A program made the translations under genes and the position numbers. DNA of 64,000 bases, taken from contig NC_043013.1 in assembly GCF_006345805.1 (NCBI RefSeq), positions 57,598,001 to 57,662,000 of the forward strand, given 5' to 3'. Origin of the DNA: Octopus sinensis (taxonomy: Eukaryota). Each line of letters starts with the position of its first letter. Position 1 is the first letter of the stretch. Below the pieces are notes generated by a model. That model was not told where the DNA came from and made no database searches. It worked only from the letters and a program-made list of their open reading frames with translations. Below are positions 35,100 through 48,546 of the stretch, one piece after another.

Positions 35100-37070
35100 T
35101 TCCTGTTTTTATAACCTGTTAGGTTCTACCAAGCCTTGTTATTGAAATGGCCTTCATTGAAATGATTGTGATATAAAGATGTCTATAAGTCTCCTGTTCA
35201 TCAATTCTCGAATCGTCGTAGTCCATAGGAGTTTAAAACGGGTGAGTTTGGGCTTCATAAGTGTCACGCCAACAAGATCGTAAAAATTGTTTGACATCCA
35301 TTCGTGGGTCATGTGAGCTCTGTGAGATGATGAATAGTTTTTAAACACTTATGGCATTTCACTGTGTACTTCATCTAAAAACAGTCTCCGATACCGCAAC
35401 GAATCTAGCAACATTCATTCTGAGACCCCGTGAAAAGATGTGAGGTGACATAACCTGACCTTTATTCTTCACTCCTAAGACTATTGTAGTTTCTAGAATC
35501 AAGGTGTCTATCACTCCGGGTACATCAGAAGAAGCTACCTTCCAAGGGGGACCCAAAAGAAACCGCAAATTTGCAAAGTTATTTTATTCACCTAGTTTTA
35601 CATGTTTACAATTCTATTGCCTCCAAAATATTCTCCATTTGAAGCAATGTATCAGTCCAGACGAGATTTCTATTGTCCGAAGCAATGCTGGAAATCTTGC
35701 GAAGTGATGCTTTTTAACGCCTCGGTGGTTTTTTTCTTCACCTCTGCCACATCTGAAAATTCCGTAGTACCAGCTTTCATCACCAGTGTTGACCTTCGAA
35801 AAAAGGCCCTGATCAACTTCTAACTGTTCTTTTTATTCGTGACATGCATACAGTTGTGACTTCTTTTCCATCTTCCGTGAGCAAGCGAGACACAAATTTT
35901 GCTGTAACTTTTCATTCTCAGTTCCTGGCACAAAATTCGTTGATGGGAGCTTCAGGAGACACCAGTCATATCAACAAGTTTGTCAGTTGTTTGCTGTCAA
36001 TCCTCCATGATCAGTTCATGAATTTCCATGTTTTCGTTTTGGAGGTCGACAGTCGCCCTAAACGAGGTTGGTCTTAAAGCGACAAGTGACCATTCCTAAA
36101 GAATAAAGACAAACTCGTAAACTTGTGTTTTATCCATGGCAGTGGCCTTGTAAGCTGTTGGAAGCACGACAACTGTTTTGACAATAGAAAACAGAATTTC
36201 ACAGAAGTATGCATTTGTTTCGTTTCAGCCATCGCAAAACTCGACGACCAGTTGAGAAGCACTGCAAAACAAAAACGCATCACCTGGCAATATGACCTCA
36301 CTGGACACCGCCGATCGGCAGAGTGATGCCTGAGGTTTGCATCAAGTGCCTTCTAGCAGTGGAAGCTCGAAATACAAAGAGCTTGTCCTACAGTGAACGT
36401 TTCCGGTCACTTTTGGGAACCATCTGTCATTTCTTGTGTTAAACTTTTGGTCTTAGTTAATTTTTTTCGCAAAAGCGAACAATCAAATGATGTTCGCAAT
36501 GTTGGGGAAGAGTTTTAATCTTCTTAAGTAACCGCTTGGCACGGATCAAATTGTTTTCCTGTATCTTTGAGACATGAATTAACTTCTCGTCAATCGTATA
36601 TCTAGCATCGAATATCTTCACGCACCACAGTTTTGCTAGTCCACTCCGACTGCTACAGTTCTTTAGCAATGGTACTCATTGCTTTTCCAGGATTATCTTC
36701 GTAAATACTTTGGGCCCGTTTCATAACTTGTGGTGCATTTATTGAGCACAAACATTGATAATGTCTTTTGATTTCTGTTTCTTTTATTTATTTAATATTT
36801 ATTGGTTTTTACATTCGTAAAGTTTAAACATTCTTGCTTCAGGCCTCATAATTCCATTTAAATTTGAGTACAATAGGTGTTGCACCATTTAGAAAGATGC
36901 CAAAATCTGAATTTCTGTGTTCTGTATATAGACTAACAATGCATATCTTTTCATTTCTTGTGTTAGCATTTCATCGGCCATTGCGGTTCTGAAACAAATA
37001 AAAAAAAAACATTTTGAATAGGTTTGAAGGGAATAATATACTGATAATCTAGTGTCTTCTAATACCCTAT
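35100..37070 (-). mobile_element. maT/mori-like (DD37D) Tc1-mariner relic interrupted by a mariner; boundaries approximate
   Basis: Minus-strand fragments in the expected order: MADEMLTQEMKRYAL (~36980), ENNLIRAKRLLKKIK..FCEKN (~36560-36460), DVP..TIVLGV.N.GQVMSPHIFSRGLRMN (~35530-35410), SH.AHMTHEWMSNNFYD and PNSP.LN/PMDY (~35330-35220). Confidence 0.65.
35543..36428 (-). mobile_element. Internally deleted mariner (irritans/Hsmar2-like) nested in the maT-like relic
   Basis: HTSVKFCFLL, FRNGHLSL.DQPR.GR.STSKT and NTGDESWYY. Degenerate TIRs are AGGGGGACCCAAAAGAAACCGCAA (~35544) and TTCCGGTCACTTTTGGGAACC (~36401). Confidence 0.72.
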
Positions 37071-39440
37071 ACATACATACACACACACACACATGCACGC
37101 ATACACACGCACACACTTATATATATATATACGTGCCCATGCAAGTGTGCATAACTACATGGTCTTAAGTACAGCTGCATATGATCTTATATATTCTAAT
37201 ATTGAAGAATTAAGTAGTAGTAGTAGTAGTAGTAGTAGTATGGCTGCTAGAAACGTTTAGGATAACAGAATGGTGGATGCAGCCACTATAACATATACTC
37301 TAATTATAAAATAGCTTCATCATCGCTAATTGCAGTGATGTTGTTGTTAACTACGACGATGATGATGATTATCCTCGTCATGCTTTCCCTCCTCCTCTCA
37401 TCATCATCATCATCGAAATGGTGACGGTAGTGTTGTTGGTGTCACCAAGAAAACTATTCATGTCGCCTGATTGTTGAAAATAATGGCCCAATTACAACAA
37501 TGTTTTTCCTTCACTGCTGTATAATTTTGACATTAGTTTCTCATCAAAAAACACTACGACCATATTTCTACTTCAATAATTTAAATTGTTTGTTGCTAAC
37601 TTGATTTTTATATTTCTGAGGAAAATAACAATAAAATACTTTTAAATGCTAAATTTTGTGTGTGTATTTGTGTATACCTACATATCTATGTGTCTACACA
37701 CACACGCACACAGGCATGCACACACATATATGAATTTAAAACTTTAAAAAATGTTACAAAAAGCACATTTTAGGGGAAAATTTAATTTTTACTAATATAT
37801 TGAAAGATAGAGAATAATTAATTAGAAGAGAGCAAAAAGTACATTTGTTATTAATAATTTCACTTTAGATTAATTAAAAGTAAACTTGATACAGCATTAA
37901 TTATTTTGATATTTAAACAAATTAGTATAAATAAAAGGACAAACATATTAATTTCAGTTTAATTTCTCAACACTTTCTTCGGTTTTCCTCGTCACCTATC
38001 TACATTATACCGCTGCCAGCTGTCTCTGATGTAGCTTCGGTGTCCAGTTTCATCTACAAATTAAAATGCTGCTTTCTTCTTAATCACTCAATGGAGGAAT
38101 AAGTTTATAATAAAAAGAAGCAAAAATCAACAGCAACAAACAAAATATATTTTAAGTTCTCAGCTAGAAGATTCCAGTGAAAAATAATAGTAAAACTATG
38201 CTGCAATAATACTAATAATTACTATTTTTTTATAATAAATAAAATGATCATATAATACGGACTACCAAAATAGCTACGTGGGGAGAAGAGTTGGCTGCAG
38301 AAATGGTCTATTAAACCTATTCTATATTTACATGATAGTTCATTTTATCAAGCCCCAAATAATAGAAGGCTAATTTGACGTCAGCGGGATTTGAAGAAAA
38401 TGGTAGAACAAATATTGCATGGCACCAATATGTCCGATGCTTGAGCGATTCTTTTAATTTAAATCCCTTGAAAATTCATAACATTTTAATTGCGTCACAA
38501 AATTAAAGGGAGGGAGTCATTCAATGAAATCCACCCAGTTCGTTATAGTAGCGAGTATGGAATGCTGGTATTGAAGTAAAAGAGCCTTATTAGTAATACT
38601 ATTTCTTTCTAATATAGATACAAGAATCAGTAATTTGGGAGGAATTGGTTAGTCAGTGAAACTGACCCTAGTATTTGACTAGTGGGTTAAGCATCGAACG
38701 ATATTAATTCACTTCTGACTCACTCTGTCTACCATTTCGTTATTGTTACCATTTATGGAAGAGCGACTTCCAAGGCAGTAACAATTTTGTAGGAACAGAA
38801 ATAAAAGCATTTGACAACCACGCTGGGTGATTGATGTAGAACTTTCTATATAAATCGCAAGATGAATTATAGTGAATTGACCAACAGAGGAAAACAAAGT
38901 AAAATGAAAAAAAGTACTGTAGGTGTTATGGCGAGAATCATGACACCCCCTGTAAGAATGGACTAGCCGAACTCGTATAAGTAAGCAAAGTGTTCGACTA
39001 GGAGCGAGGGATGGGAAATCGCAGAAAGTCGAAAGATGGCGTCCGTGGAGTTACAGGGAATTGTCGACAAGTTGTTATAGTTCGTTCAGAGATGTTTAGG
39101 ATTGGTAACAGTTGTTGGCAGAGTTTTTGGAAATACATCAAGTGGAGACAGTTGGTGTCTGCCCCGTTCCGTGGTTTTGTATATCATACTGTTATTAGTG
39201 CACGACACTAAGGTGGAATATACTGAAACCACGGTGTAAAAGTATGACAGCAACTTGGAGTATGAAATCCTTAGAAGCTAATAATGGATCTTTAAGAACA
39301 ATGACAAAATATCCGAGGTTAAATCTTGTGAACTTTGCCTATTCACCTTCGAGTAGAAACAAGGTAGAAAACATAATTTTTACTTTCTGCAAAATTTATC
39401 CGGTAAAATAGCAGGTGAGCGCAAATATAAAGAGCAGAAC

Positions 39441-39492
<52 letters not shown>

Positions 39493-40173
39493 CAGAGAGA
39501 GAAAGAGAATTTCGTGTCTGGCATGCGTAAAGAAGATTATATTCTAAATTCCTGCATTATTTCGAAAGCAATTGAAAAACAAGTGGAAAGGAAATATCTA
39601 TGAAGTCTTTTATTAATTTGTGTTCCTATTTATGAATGTGTGTGCGTGTCTTCTTACATATGTATGTGTGTGTGTTTGTGCACGTGTGTGCGGCGGGGTG
39701 GTGGAATTCGTTTATATGAATCAGTGCTATTCTGTATACACTGGATTCCGTCTCTGAAGCAGTTGTTCTTTAATGAGTCCTTGAAATAATGAGAAGTACA
39801 GCATTCCTCGTCAAAATAGATTTACACTCATTAATGCTATTACCTAAATTTCTAAGTATTATTGGCGGATTACTGGGTTTTATATTATGTGCGGCAATAT
39901 TATAAATAAGTTTATGACATTCCCACTCAAAGTTTGGGAACGTTGTATGTACAAAAGAATCAGCCTCTATGTGGTCACTGAAGTTTGTAAAAATAGTAAT
40001 TAAATCTCCTCATAATCGGAGCTTTACAGTTTCTGTTAAAGAACTGACTTTTTGTTCTCCAAAGTGTCAAGAAAGAAACAGAATTTTCAAAGCTGGAGAA
40101 TCTTTATGAAACGCCAGTTTAATCAGAACAAAGCACGGCCTCAACACTAATAACAACATCGGTGTTACATTAA

Positions 40174-40268
40174 GAATCCGAGGTCGACTTTGCCTTTCAT
40201 CCTTTCGGGGTCGATAAATCAAGTACCCCACAAAATCTAGGCCTTGTGACTATAGTAGAAGCGATTAT
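40174..40268 (+). mobile_element. Family B SINE fragment
   Basis: CCGAGGTCGACTTTGCCTTTCATCCTTTCGGGGTCGATAAATCAAGTAC…GGCCTTGTGACTATAGTAGAAG. Confidence 0.8.
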
Positions 40269-40844
40269 ATCATTCATGAAATTAGCGCATAATTATTTAG
40301 TTAAATCGTCAGAACATTAGAGGAGACACGATATTTTGTAGTATTTATTTATGGCCCACGTTACGTAAATAAGGTGGCATGGTCTGGCTTGGAATAACTT
40401 TGTGGTTAATTCTGATCAATCAGGATTGTCCAGTGGCTAAACATCAAAAGATTAACAAAGAGAATAACTGCTCCAATCACCCGCCCCTTCTGCCACCACC
40501 AGCATCACTAAATTTTTAAACGCCTTATTTCAAAACCTCTTAGCAGATTCTAAAAGATCATAGATGTACTTGAAAATGATATTCCATGGTATTATTTCTG
40601 ATGAGTAAGGAATATTCCAGGAATTGGTTTGACGAACAGAAATCCAATTGTTTTCCTTTCTCGAAAGATTGCTTGAATCATAAGAAACATGTATGGAAGG
40701 ATGTGTTTAGGTTTGTGTGTGTTTACGTATTGACATATATGCGGATGTGGATGAGAATGTATGTGTGCGTCTCTCTCTCTATGTGTGTGTATGTATGAGT
40801 ACACATGTAGGTACATACATACATACATACACACACACGCACAG

Positions 40845-40908
<64 letters not shown>

Positions 40909-41191
40909 ATCACGTGACCGACCAGACCATCAGATGTAGTTACACGTCGCTGGTCACAATGCGTTCGCATTGTTTTAGCCTTCGAATGACGCCACCACTC
41001 TGGCTAAGCGAGCAGGCCAATATATATATATATATATTATATGTAGAAAAATACAAACTGGGACAAGAACGTAAAACATTTAGAAGACGATACAAAAAAC
41101 ACGGACGGGACATTCGAAGCCTTCAATCTTCAATTTCGGCTGATTAACCTTGAGATCGCTCCGATCCGGCCAGCCCCAAGGAAAAACTAAG

Positions 41192-41239
<48 letters not shown>

Positions 41240-41679
41240 GTGTATGTCTGTATATATGTATAAAAATATCTCTTGAATGCGCACATTCCAGATTTTCTTC
41301 AGTAAATGAGCAAATGACGTTTTTATAATTAGGGATTGAAAATTTGCGTTGATTTTCGAGTGTAATATTTGTAACAGTCCTTGCTTTTCTAACAGTGGAT
41401 TGGGAGTAACATTGCTGAGTGGAAAAAGTGCTTCTTGTTATTTGTTTCGTCGGGGAATGTCCAGGGTTCAAATCATGTTCATATTTGTCTTCCTTCATTT
41501 GTATAAATAAATTAAAGTAGCAAAATAAGCAGTATCGTCGAAAGTACTGATGTTCATCCTGCCCTAAAACGCACAGACCTTCTACCTGAATTTGCGACCC
41601 TGTTAAGCTTTATCCTATTTATCGCCTGCCATAAATACTGTACCATAATGCAAGAAATATAGCAAATAACAGTTTCAAA

Positions 41680-41830
41680 TACTGTGGTTGGGGGTACGTC
41701 GTGTATATCGACCAATGTGCAACTGGTACTTATTTTATCGCCCCCAAAATGGTGGGAGGCTAAGTTGACATTTGAACTCGCAACGTAAAATCGGATAATT
41801 TGTTGCTTAGCATTTTATCCGGCGCCAGCT
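41680..41830 (-). mobile_element. Diverged family B SINE
   Basis: CAACTGGTACTTATTTTATCG…ATTTGAACTCGCAACGTAAA…GCTTAGCATTTTATCCGG matches the copies at 10.8 and 12.3 kb. Confidence 0.75.
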
Positions 41831-44269
41831 TGAAATTGAGCAAATATTTAAAATGGCGTAACTGTATAAGACATTCAAACATTATGTGGTGTTATATAAT
41901 GGAAGTTAAAGAAATCACGTTGTTTAATGATTGGACTATTTGGCTCACAACCATGGTGGAGTGGGTTCAGTACTTGAACTAGAAAACACGTTGTGTCCTT
42001 GATCAAGGCACTTCATTTCGACGTGGTTCTAGTCTACTCAGCCGAAATTAAGGTACAACCGAGTGCTGCTACAATTCTCTCAGCCCGTCTCTCTAACGTT
42101 CTGGATGTATCACTCGTTCAAAAGTTGAATGAGTTGAGTTTGACTATGTGTACTAAGGACTACATGGGCGTATAAAACATTTAAATGTTGCCAAGTAATA
42201 ATCCCTCGAACGGGCCATCTAGATATTTATTTTACACAATGTAATAATTTGTGCTGTAATTGAAGAAAACATTATCATAACTTCGGCTGTCTTTTAACTG
42301 GTTTATGTAGTGTAAAGCGTCACTTTAGTCCGGCAAAAGTTGTGCCTGTTTAATATAACACAGGATTAACATTATTAAGCCAATAATTACAATATTGGAC
42401 GATACTTAGCAATCCATGATGTCATTTTAGCAACGTTTAGCACAAAATGGCTGTTTTGAAAACATTACGCTGCTTTACCAAAACAACAGAAATAGATAGC
42501 GTTAATATTGCGTATATTTTATACTAATGCTATTGAACAAAAAGCAAAATTGTTGATAATATATAAGAATCCATTAAACTAGAGGTGGTTCTTGAAAAAC
42601 ACCTTTAAAAATGTGGCGTTATTACACGAAACATAAAGTTAGACGACATTCTTTAACAAAATATAACAATAGATGAGGTTATTCAGCAGGAATTATAGAT
42701 AACATTATTTAATACATTAATAGCTAACCTTTCTAAACTGTTGTTCATCAATATGGCATATTTAACATCTTATTCGAATCAGTTTAAGCTCACTGACGGA
42801 AAGTCAATTGTAATTTAGAAGACAGTGTTGTAAACATCTTCCCGTAATGCTATTCCCTTGCGAAAATTAATAAATGCAGAAAAAAGAAACTCTACCAACT
42901 GAGACAGAGTAATTGATGTTATTTCGTTTGTTAATGATACCGTTACTTAATAAAAACTTTCGATATAACTAAACCATGCCGATATATCTAATAACTGTTT
43001 GGTGTAATAGAGAGTGAAGTGTTAAGTGAATTATCGGAAACAAATAGGAAAGCGACAGCTGATTACAGATAACACACACACACGATCTATGGGAGGAGAA
43101 CTTGATTTAACCAACGAAGTTACAATTCAAAGATCGCTTACAATGGCAATAATATATCTAGATTTCATATTCGAAGTAAAAGCATTGAAACATGTCTTCT
43201 GAGATTTTCTTCGATATTTCTTGCTTACTTGTCATACTTTACCAATTGAATTTCTTATCTTCTCACCTCGCCTCTACTCCCTTTCAATATATCTCTTCTC
43301 TTTTTTAATGTTCATTTCTCATGGTTAAACTATGCGCATTCCTTTCACCCATTAGTACCATTACATGAGTAAGTACCAACGCAATTGCCAAGGGTGTAAT
43401 TACTCTGGGTATGCGGCTACTTTCAAAATACCTCACCAACTGACGACTGTGCCCTACATAGTTACGGTTTGCCATTTGGCGCGGTATCTCTTTCCGTTCA
43501 GCGACCCAGCCAGATATACAGCTGTCATGTGAGCGCAGCATGGGGGATTGTGAAGAGGCAGCGTATGAGCTCAACTGAGCCATTGGTTCTTCTGACATTG
43601 ATGCTGAAGAGAGGAATCACTCAAGCTCCGCCAAGAGCACTGCATCCTTAGGGGCAGCGTTCATGGTTGTGTAATCAGCAAACGAAAGATTTACGACTCA
43701 AGCTTCCAATTCAAATTCATGATAATGGAATTGGATCGCGACAGTCATGGGAATCCACACACACGCAAACTCATACACACACGGACACACACACATATGA
43801 TTAGAGTAATGCCTGTAACTAGATTACTACTGTACTTTTATCGATCGTAGAATAACGGGAGGAGAAATTAGACAAAAGGAAGCAAAATATAAACAAATGA
43901 ATAAAGAGATGTAACCACAAGATTTTGATACAGGTCTTACGATATGCGAATATTGGTTCTCGATACCTTCTCGATAATTTTATTGGTCTCCAGCTTGGTG
44001 AGCTGGTGATGCAGAGATAAATTACCGTTCTTCCAGAACACAACCACCATTCCCTCCCCCACACAATATTCCTTCTCTATATTGAGTACAATATAAAAGA
44101 AGTTGTTCATGTATATGAATAAATATTTTATTTGTGGATTAACAAGGCTACAATTGGTTTCATGCCGTGATTTTCAACAATTTTCAAGCGTTCCACATGG
44201 AACGTTATTATTTCGTTCCATCTTCAATTAAAATACGAGAAATCCACACAAAACTGTGCGAGGTGTTAG

Positions 44270-44526
44270 AATAAACATGGTTCCAGATTCAGTCTCATTG
44301 CATGGCACCTTGGGCAAATGTCTTTTACTTCAGCATCGGGCTGACGAAAGTCTTGTGAGTGAATTTCGTTGACGTAAACTGAAAGAAGCCTATCGTATAT
44401 ATATATATCTTTATGTATGAATGTGTGTCTGTTTGTCACCCCACCATCGCTTGACAACCGATGTTTGTGTGTTTACGTCCCGGTAACTTATCGGTTCAGC
44501 AACAATACCAATAGAATAAGTAAGGC
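44270..44526 (+). mobile_element. Diverged family A SINE
   Basis: CATGGTTCCAGATTCAGTC…GGCACCTTGGGCAAATGTCTT…CTTGTGAGTGAATTT…CGCTTGACAACCGATG…GTAACTTATCGGTTC. Confidence 0.85.
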
Positions 44527-44565
44527 TGTGTGTGTCCGTGCATGAGTGTGCATGTGCAATAAATT

Positions 44566-44610
<45 letters not shown>

Positions 44611-46754
44611 TATCAATGTATATGCGAACATACACACGCATACAGACACACACACACACACACGCACACATATATATCCATACAAATATATTAGTATGCA
44701 CATATACATACATATACTTAGTTTATATACATATGGATATAACTAACATTATTGAGGTTATATTAATACAAGAATTGTATTTCTAATAGGGCAATATTAT
44801 CTTCAGAAACAATATATGTATCGAGATTCCGCAGAACCGTCTTCAACAATGCCACAAATAAATGGCAAGGAATACTACACAAGGGTCTTTGTAGAGCAAG
44901 CATTCATATAGTTAGTTTTAATTTGTTACATTCATTCCCTTATCTTCCGTGGTGGGAGACGTTAACCAATATTCCGGTTATCTTTGAAAAAAATGCCTGC
45001 AATTTCTTTTACTTTATAGATACGGTATGAAATGTGTTGCTAAGGATACTATTCTGTCTGAAGTTAGCTGCAGGAATGGATAACAATTGTAACATGGGAT
45101 TTTAGAAAAATTATTCCAGCTTTCTTGAACAACCAGAAGTCAATGCAGTGAAGAATAATTGCCATAATATTAAGCTTATAAGAAGTTACTGCTTTCAGTT
45201 TTTGAAACAGTTTTTATTCCGTCTCAATATCATCAGATTTATGAATAGTTCTACACAACAGTTTCCCGAGTTACAATATCGCTTGCATTAACAAAACTCT
45301 GTAGAGTTACTATGGTATAACAAAAGTAATAGGAATTCCTTTATCAGCATTTTTACGGGAACTACCCATTGCACCATCACGGTTTCTTGATTCCTTCTTT
45401 TAATAATTGCAATGGTTTCATTACCTTCCGTTAACTATTTACTTTCGCTGCTGTGAGTCTACAAGATTTCAACGAAATCTGTTTAGCTATGTTTTACTAC
45501 AGAATCCTTCAGATATACGCTTTATACAAGAACCTCTACATGAGTGTAATTCTAAACTTAGACATGTTTCTATTGTCAAAACAATTTATTTCTGACTAAT
45601 TAATATGAAATCAGAATTACAGCTATTTTCATGTATGCATATTTTATTGTCTTAATCAGGGGACAGCAGAGAGAGCCTATGACAATTTACAATGAGAGCC
45701 TGGGGAATAGAGACTGGAAACCACAACATAGAGGTTATTGCAGTAGAAATCAAAAAGTATCGATTTCTCTCTACTGAAACGAGAAACCTAGTTCCAACTA
45801 ATTTGAGTGGACTCATCCCAGGACACTAAAGGATCAGGTTCTGATGCTAAAATCTGCCTTGGATTCAGTCCAGCACTCAAAGCAAACAGTGTCATTAGCT
45901 GTAGCCAAAGTTATTCTACGATGGCAGCGATGATGATGATGATGATGATAATGCTGATGATGATGAAGAAAAAGAGGAAGAGGAAGAAGACATGCGTGCT
46001 CCGTAATTGATGAACCATGCTCATTACTCTTACGTATAATTAAGTAGAAAGGCGAGCAAGTAGACGTGTATAATTCTCTTAAATACGAGACAGCCCGACT
46101 GTGGAAGATGAAAAAGGTAACGATAGAGTCGATTCTTGTTGGGGCATGGAGGGACAGTATCAGAAGGTATTGAGAGGAACACAAAGGAAACGGGAATAGA
46201 GTGTCCAGTAGGGCTGTTGCAAAAAGTTTGCCTCTTTTGTACTGCCAAGTAGGCAATTATCAGTGTTAACGACTTGATTACTGAAGAGAACGAATGACAT
46301 GGTGCCGTAGGCTCTCCAGGCTGCAAGTCAGCTACTCATGCAAGATTCCAGGAGTTCCAACAAAGCTTAGTTGAAAGAATAACAATGAATAACAATATCG
46401 ATATTATTAATATAATGTAGGAGTAACATTCTATAAAAATCGAATGCAAGAATATATTATTGGTATAAACCATGAGGAGCAGATACACGAAAACTTATTC
46501 TTTAGACCAAAATATTGGGCAACCGAACTTAACTGATTTAACGCCCTTATCTGATCGATTTTTGCAGTCACATTCTGCGGCACCATTGAGGCCGTTTTTG
46601 TAAAACAACGCTTCGATGTTATTGGGAGATAAATATAACTTTGACGAGTAGAATAAACTATAGTTTGGTAGTTTTGCAGTTCTAGTTCAAAAGGTGTGAA
46701 CGTTTTCCAATTTTGAAAGAAAATAAAAGAAATCCGGATCATTAGTTGAGTATT

Positions 46755-47380
46755 TCATCGTTTATAGAAGTTATCTTCGTCACTACCTGAAGTATCACTT
46801 TCACAATCACTAACTTCATCTTTCAACTCTTCATCGGCTTCAATGGCTCTGATATGCTCGTAAAGCTTGTTCAGATGAGACTTAGCCTTGTTAATGCATC
46901 CCTGGACTGTTTTTCTCTCCAGATTTTGAAATGAGGCATACAGTTGTGCCAGTGCTTCCTCGGAGGTGTGTGTTTGTGGTGTGCTGTCTTTCCACTTCTC
47001 CCTTGACAATAGCCCATGTGAGCGCGACCGTCTGAAAATCGGAATGATGCGGTAGAGAAAAGATGACCTCATGACCTTTTTCTCTTGCCAAGGAACAAAC
47101 AATTGGAAAGACGTGTACATTGTTGTACTCTCTCAGCTTTTCTCCCATCTGCTTCGAATGGAATTTCTCGTTCTCGACATGTCGCCTGCATTTGAGACTT
47201 CTCCTTCCACCATCCTTTTGGTGTTGCTTTAGAGAGATTAGAGTGATACTTGGCATTATCTATCACCAATAACAGCGCTACTAATCCCTCGGTGATCGAG
47301 AGCTTTGAAGTGCTTCTCCATCCACTCGACAAAATACTTGTGGGCGAACATCCCATGGCAGTTTTTCGTTTGTTTTCATC
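46755..47380 (-). pseudogene. IS630-Tc1-mariner transposase C-terminal relic with a long D-to-E spacer (Sailor-like)
   Basis: Frameshifted translation CHGMFAHKYFVEW…LLVIDNAKYH…(~78 aa)…GHEVIFSLPHHSDFQTVALTWAIVKGEV…, followed by an acidic tail. No TIRs were found. Confidence 0.68.
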
Positions 47381-48001
47381 TTATATGCAGAGTGTCCTTC
47401 ATTAAGTGAAATTAGTTTTCGATACAGCATTCCATCACATCCCGAGCAACAACTATTGCCAATATGTATGATACTTTTTACTATTGACTATTGATATATG
47501 CAAACAACTTTTAATAACTTTTCGGTGACTATTTTGCCCTTATATACTTTTTTTATTATCCTTTTCTCCTCTTTACTTCTTTCTTATTCGTAACCTATTC
47601 CACTTGTATTATATATATATATATTAGAAAAATGACCTCTCTTAACTATCCCAATTTTTATTTATTACATTTTAAGAATTATTTTGTGTTTCTTACTAAC
47701 CTACCTGCTATTAACCAAAATCTTACAGATGATATACAATCATAATTCTCTCATAGATATAGTTTATCTTTTAGGTGATGCATATAGATTTATAATATTT
47801 CCACCTTTTTTCTCTTTATTAGTGTTACTATTAATTTTATTTATCTATCATAATAATTATTACTTCTAACGTTTTTTTTTTCAAATTTAGATTTTACGCC
47901 GATTAATATAATTAATAGATTATACATTACATTCTATATTTTACTTATAAAACTTTAACTTTATACATATACGTATGTCAATTACTATAGATATTATTAT
48001 A

Positions 48002-48546
48002 TTGGGTTGTCCGGAAAGTTCGTGCCGATTTATAGTAGCTTATCTTTCGACTTATTTTAGAATATGGTTGAGTCCATAAAATTGGATTTACACCTCCATT
48101 TAGAGCACAGCTTAAGCTATCTTTTCGTGGAAGAAGATTTATGTTTCTATAATCTGTGTTAATTATGTAACCCTTTAAAATGGAAGATAAGAAAGTTCAT
48201 TTTAGAACCAGATAAAAATTGCTGCGGCTCGGCTGGGATGTGTCACCCCACCCTCCATATTCACCAGATATTGCTCTTTCGGATTTCTACTTATTCAGGT
48301 CTCTGCAGAATAGTCTTAAGGGTAAAAATTCCAATTCCCTGGATGACGTAAAAAGATACCTTGATGAATTATTTGCCATGAAATCACCTCAATTCTGGGA
48401 AGAGGGTATTTTCAAGTTAAAGGAAAGATGGAGACGCATTGTGCAACAAAATGGTTCATATTTGGTTGATTAAAAATGTAATGGCAAGTACTGATTGACA
48501 GTTTTAATTCCTTTAAAAATCGGCACGAACTTTCCGGACAACCCAA
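48002..48546 (+). mobile_element. 545-bp internally deleted mariner with perfect 30-bp TIRs
   Basis: TA|TTGGGTTGTCCGGAAAGTTCGTGCCGATTT (48002-48031) and its exact reverse complement (48517-48546)|TA. The N-terminal MEDKKVHFR (ATG 48180) is joined to the C-terminal HPPYSPDIALSDFYLFRSLQN…GIFKLKERW. Confidence 0.95.

Noticed and set aside
41100-41190. Hammerhead-like GGCTG…CAGCC-GAAA on the minus strand
   Set aside because: There is no CUGANGA upstream and no stem III or UH.
45807-46010. Poly-Met or acidic ORF
   Set aside because: It arises from a (GAT)n/(GAA)n triplet tract, with no recognisable domain or convincing splice context.
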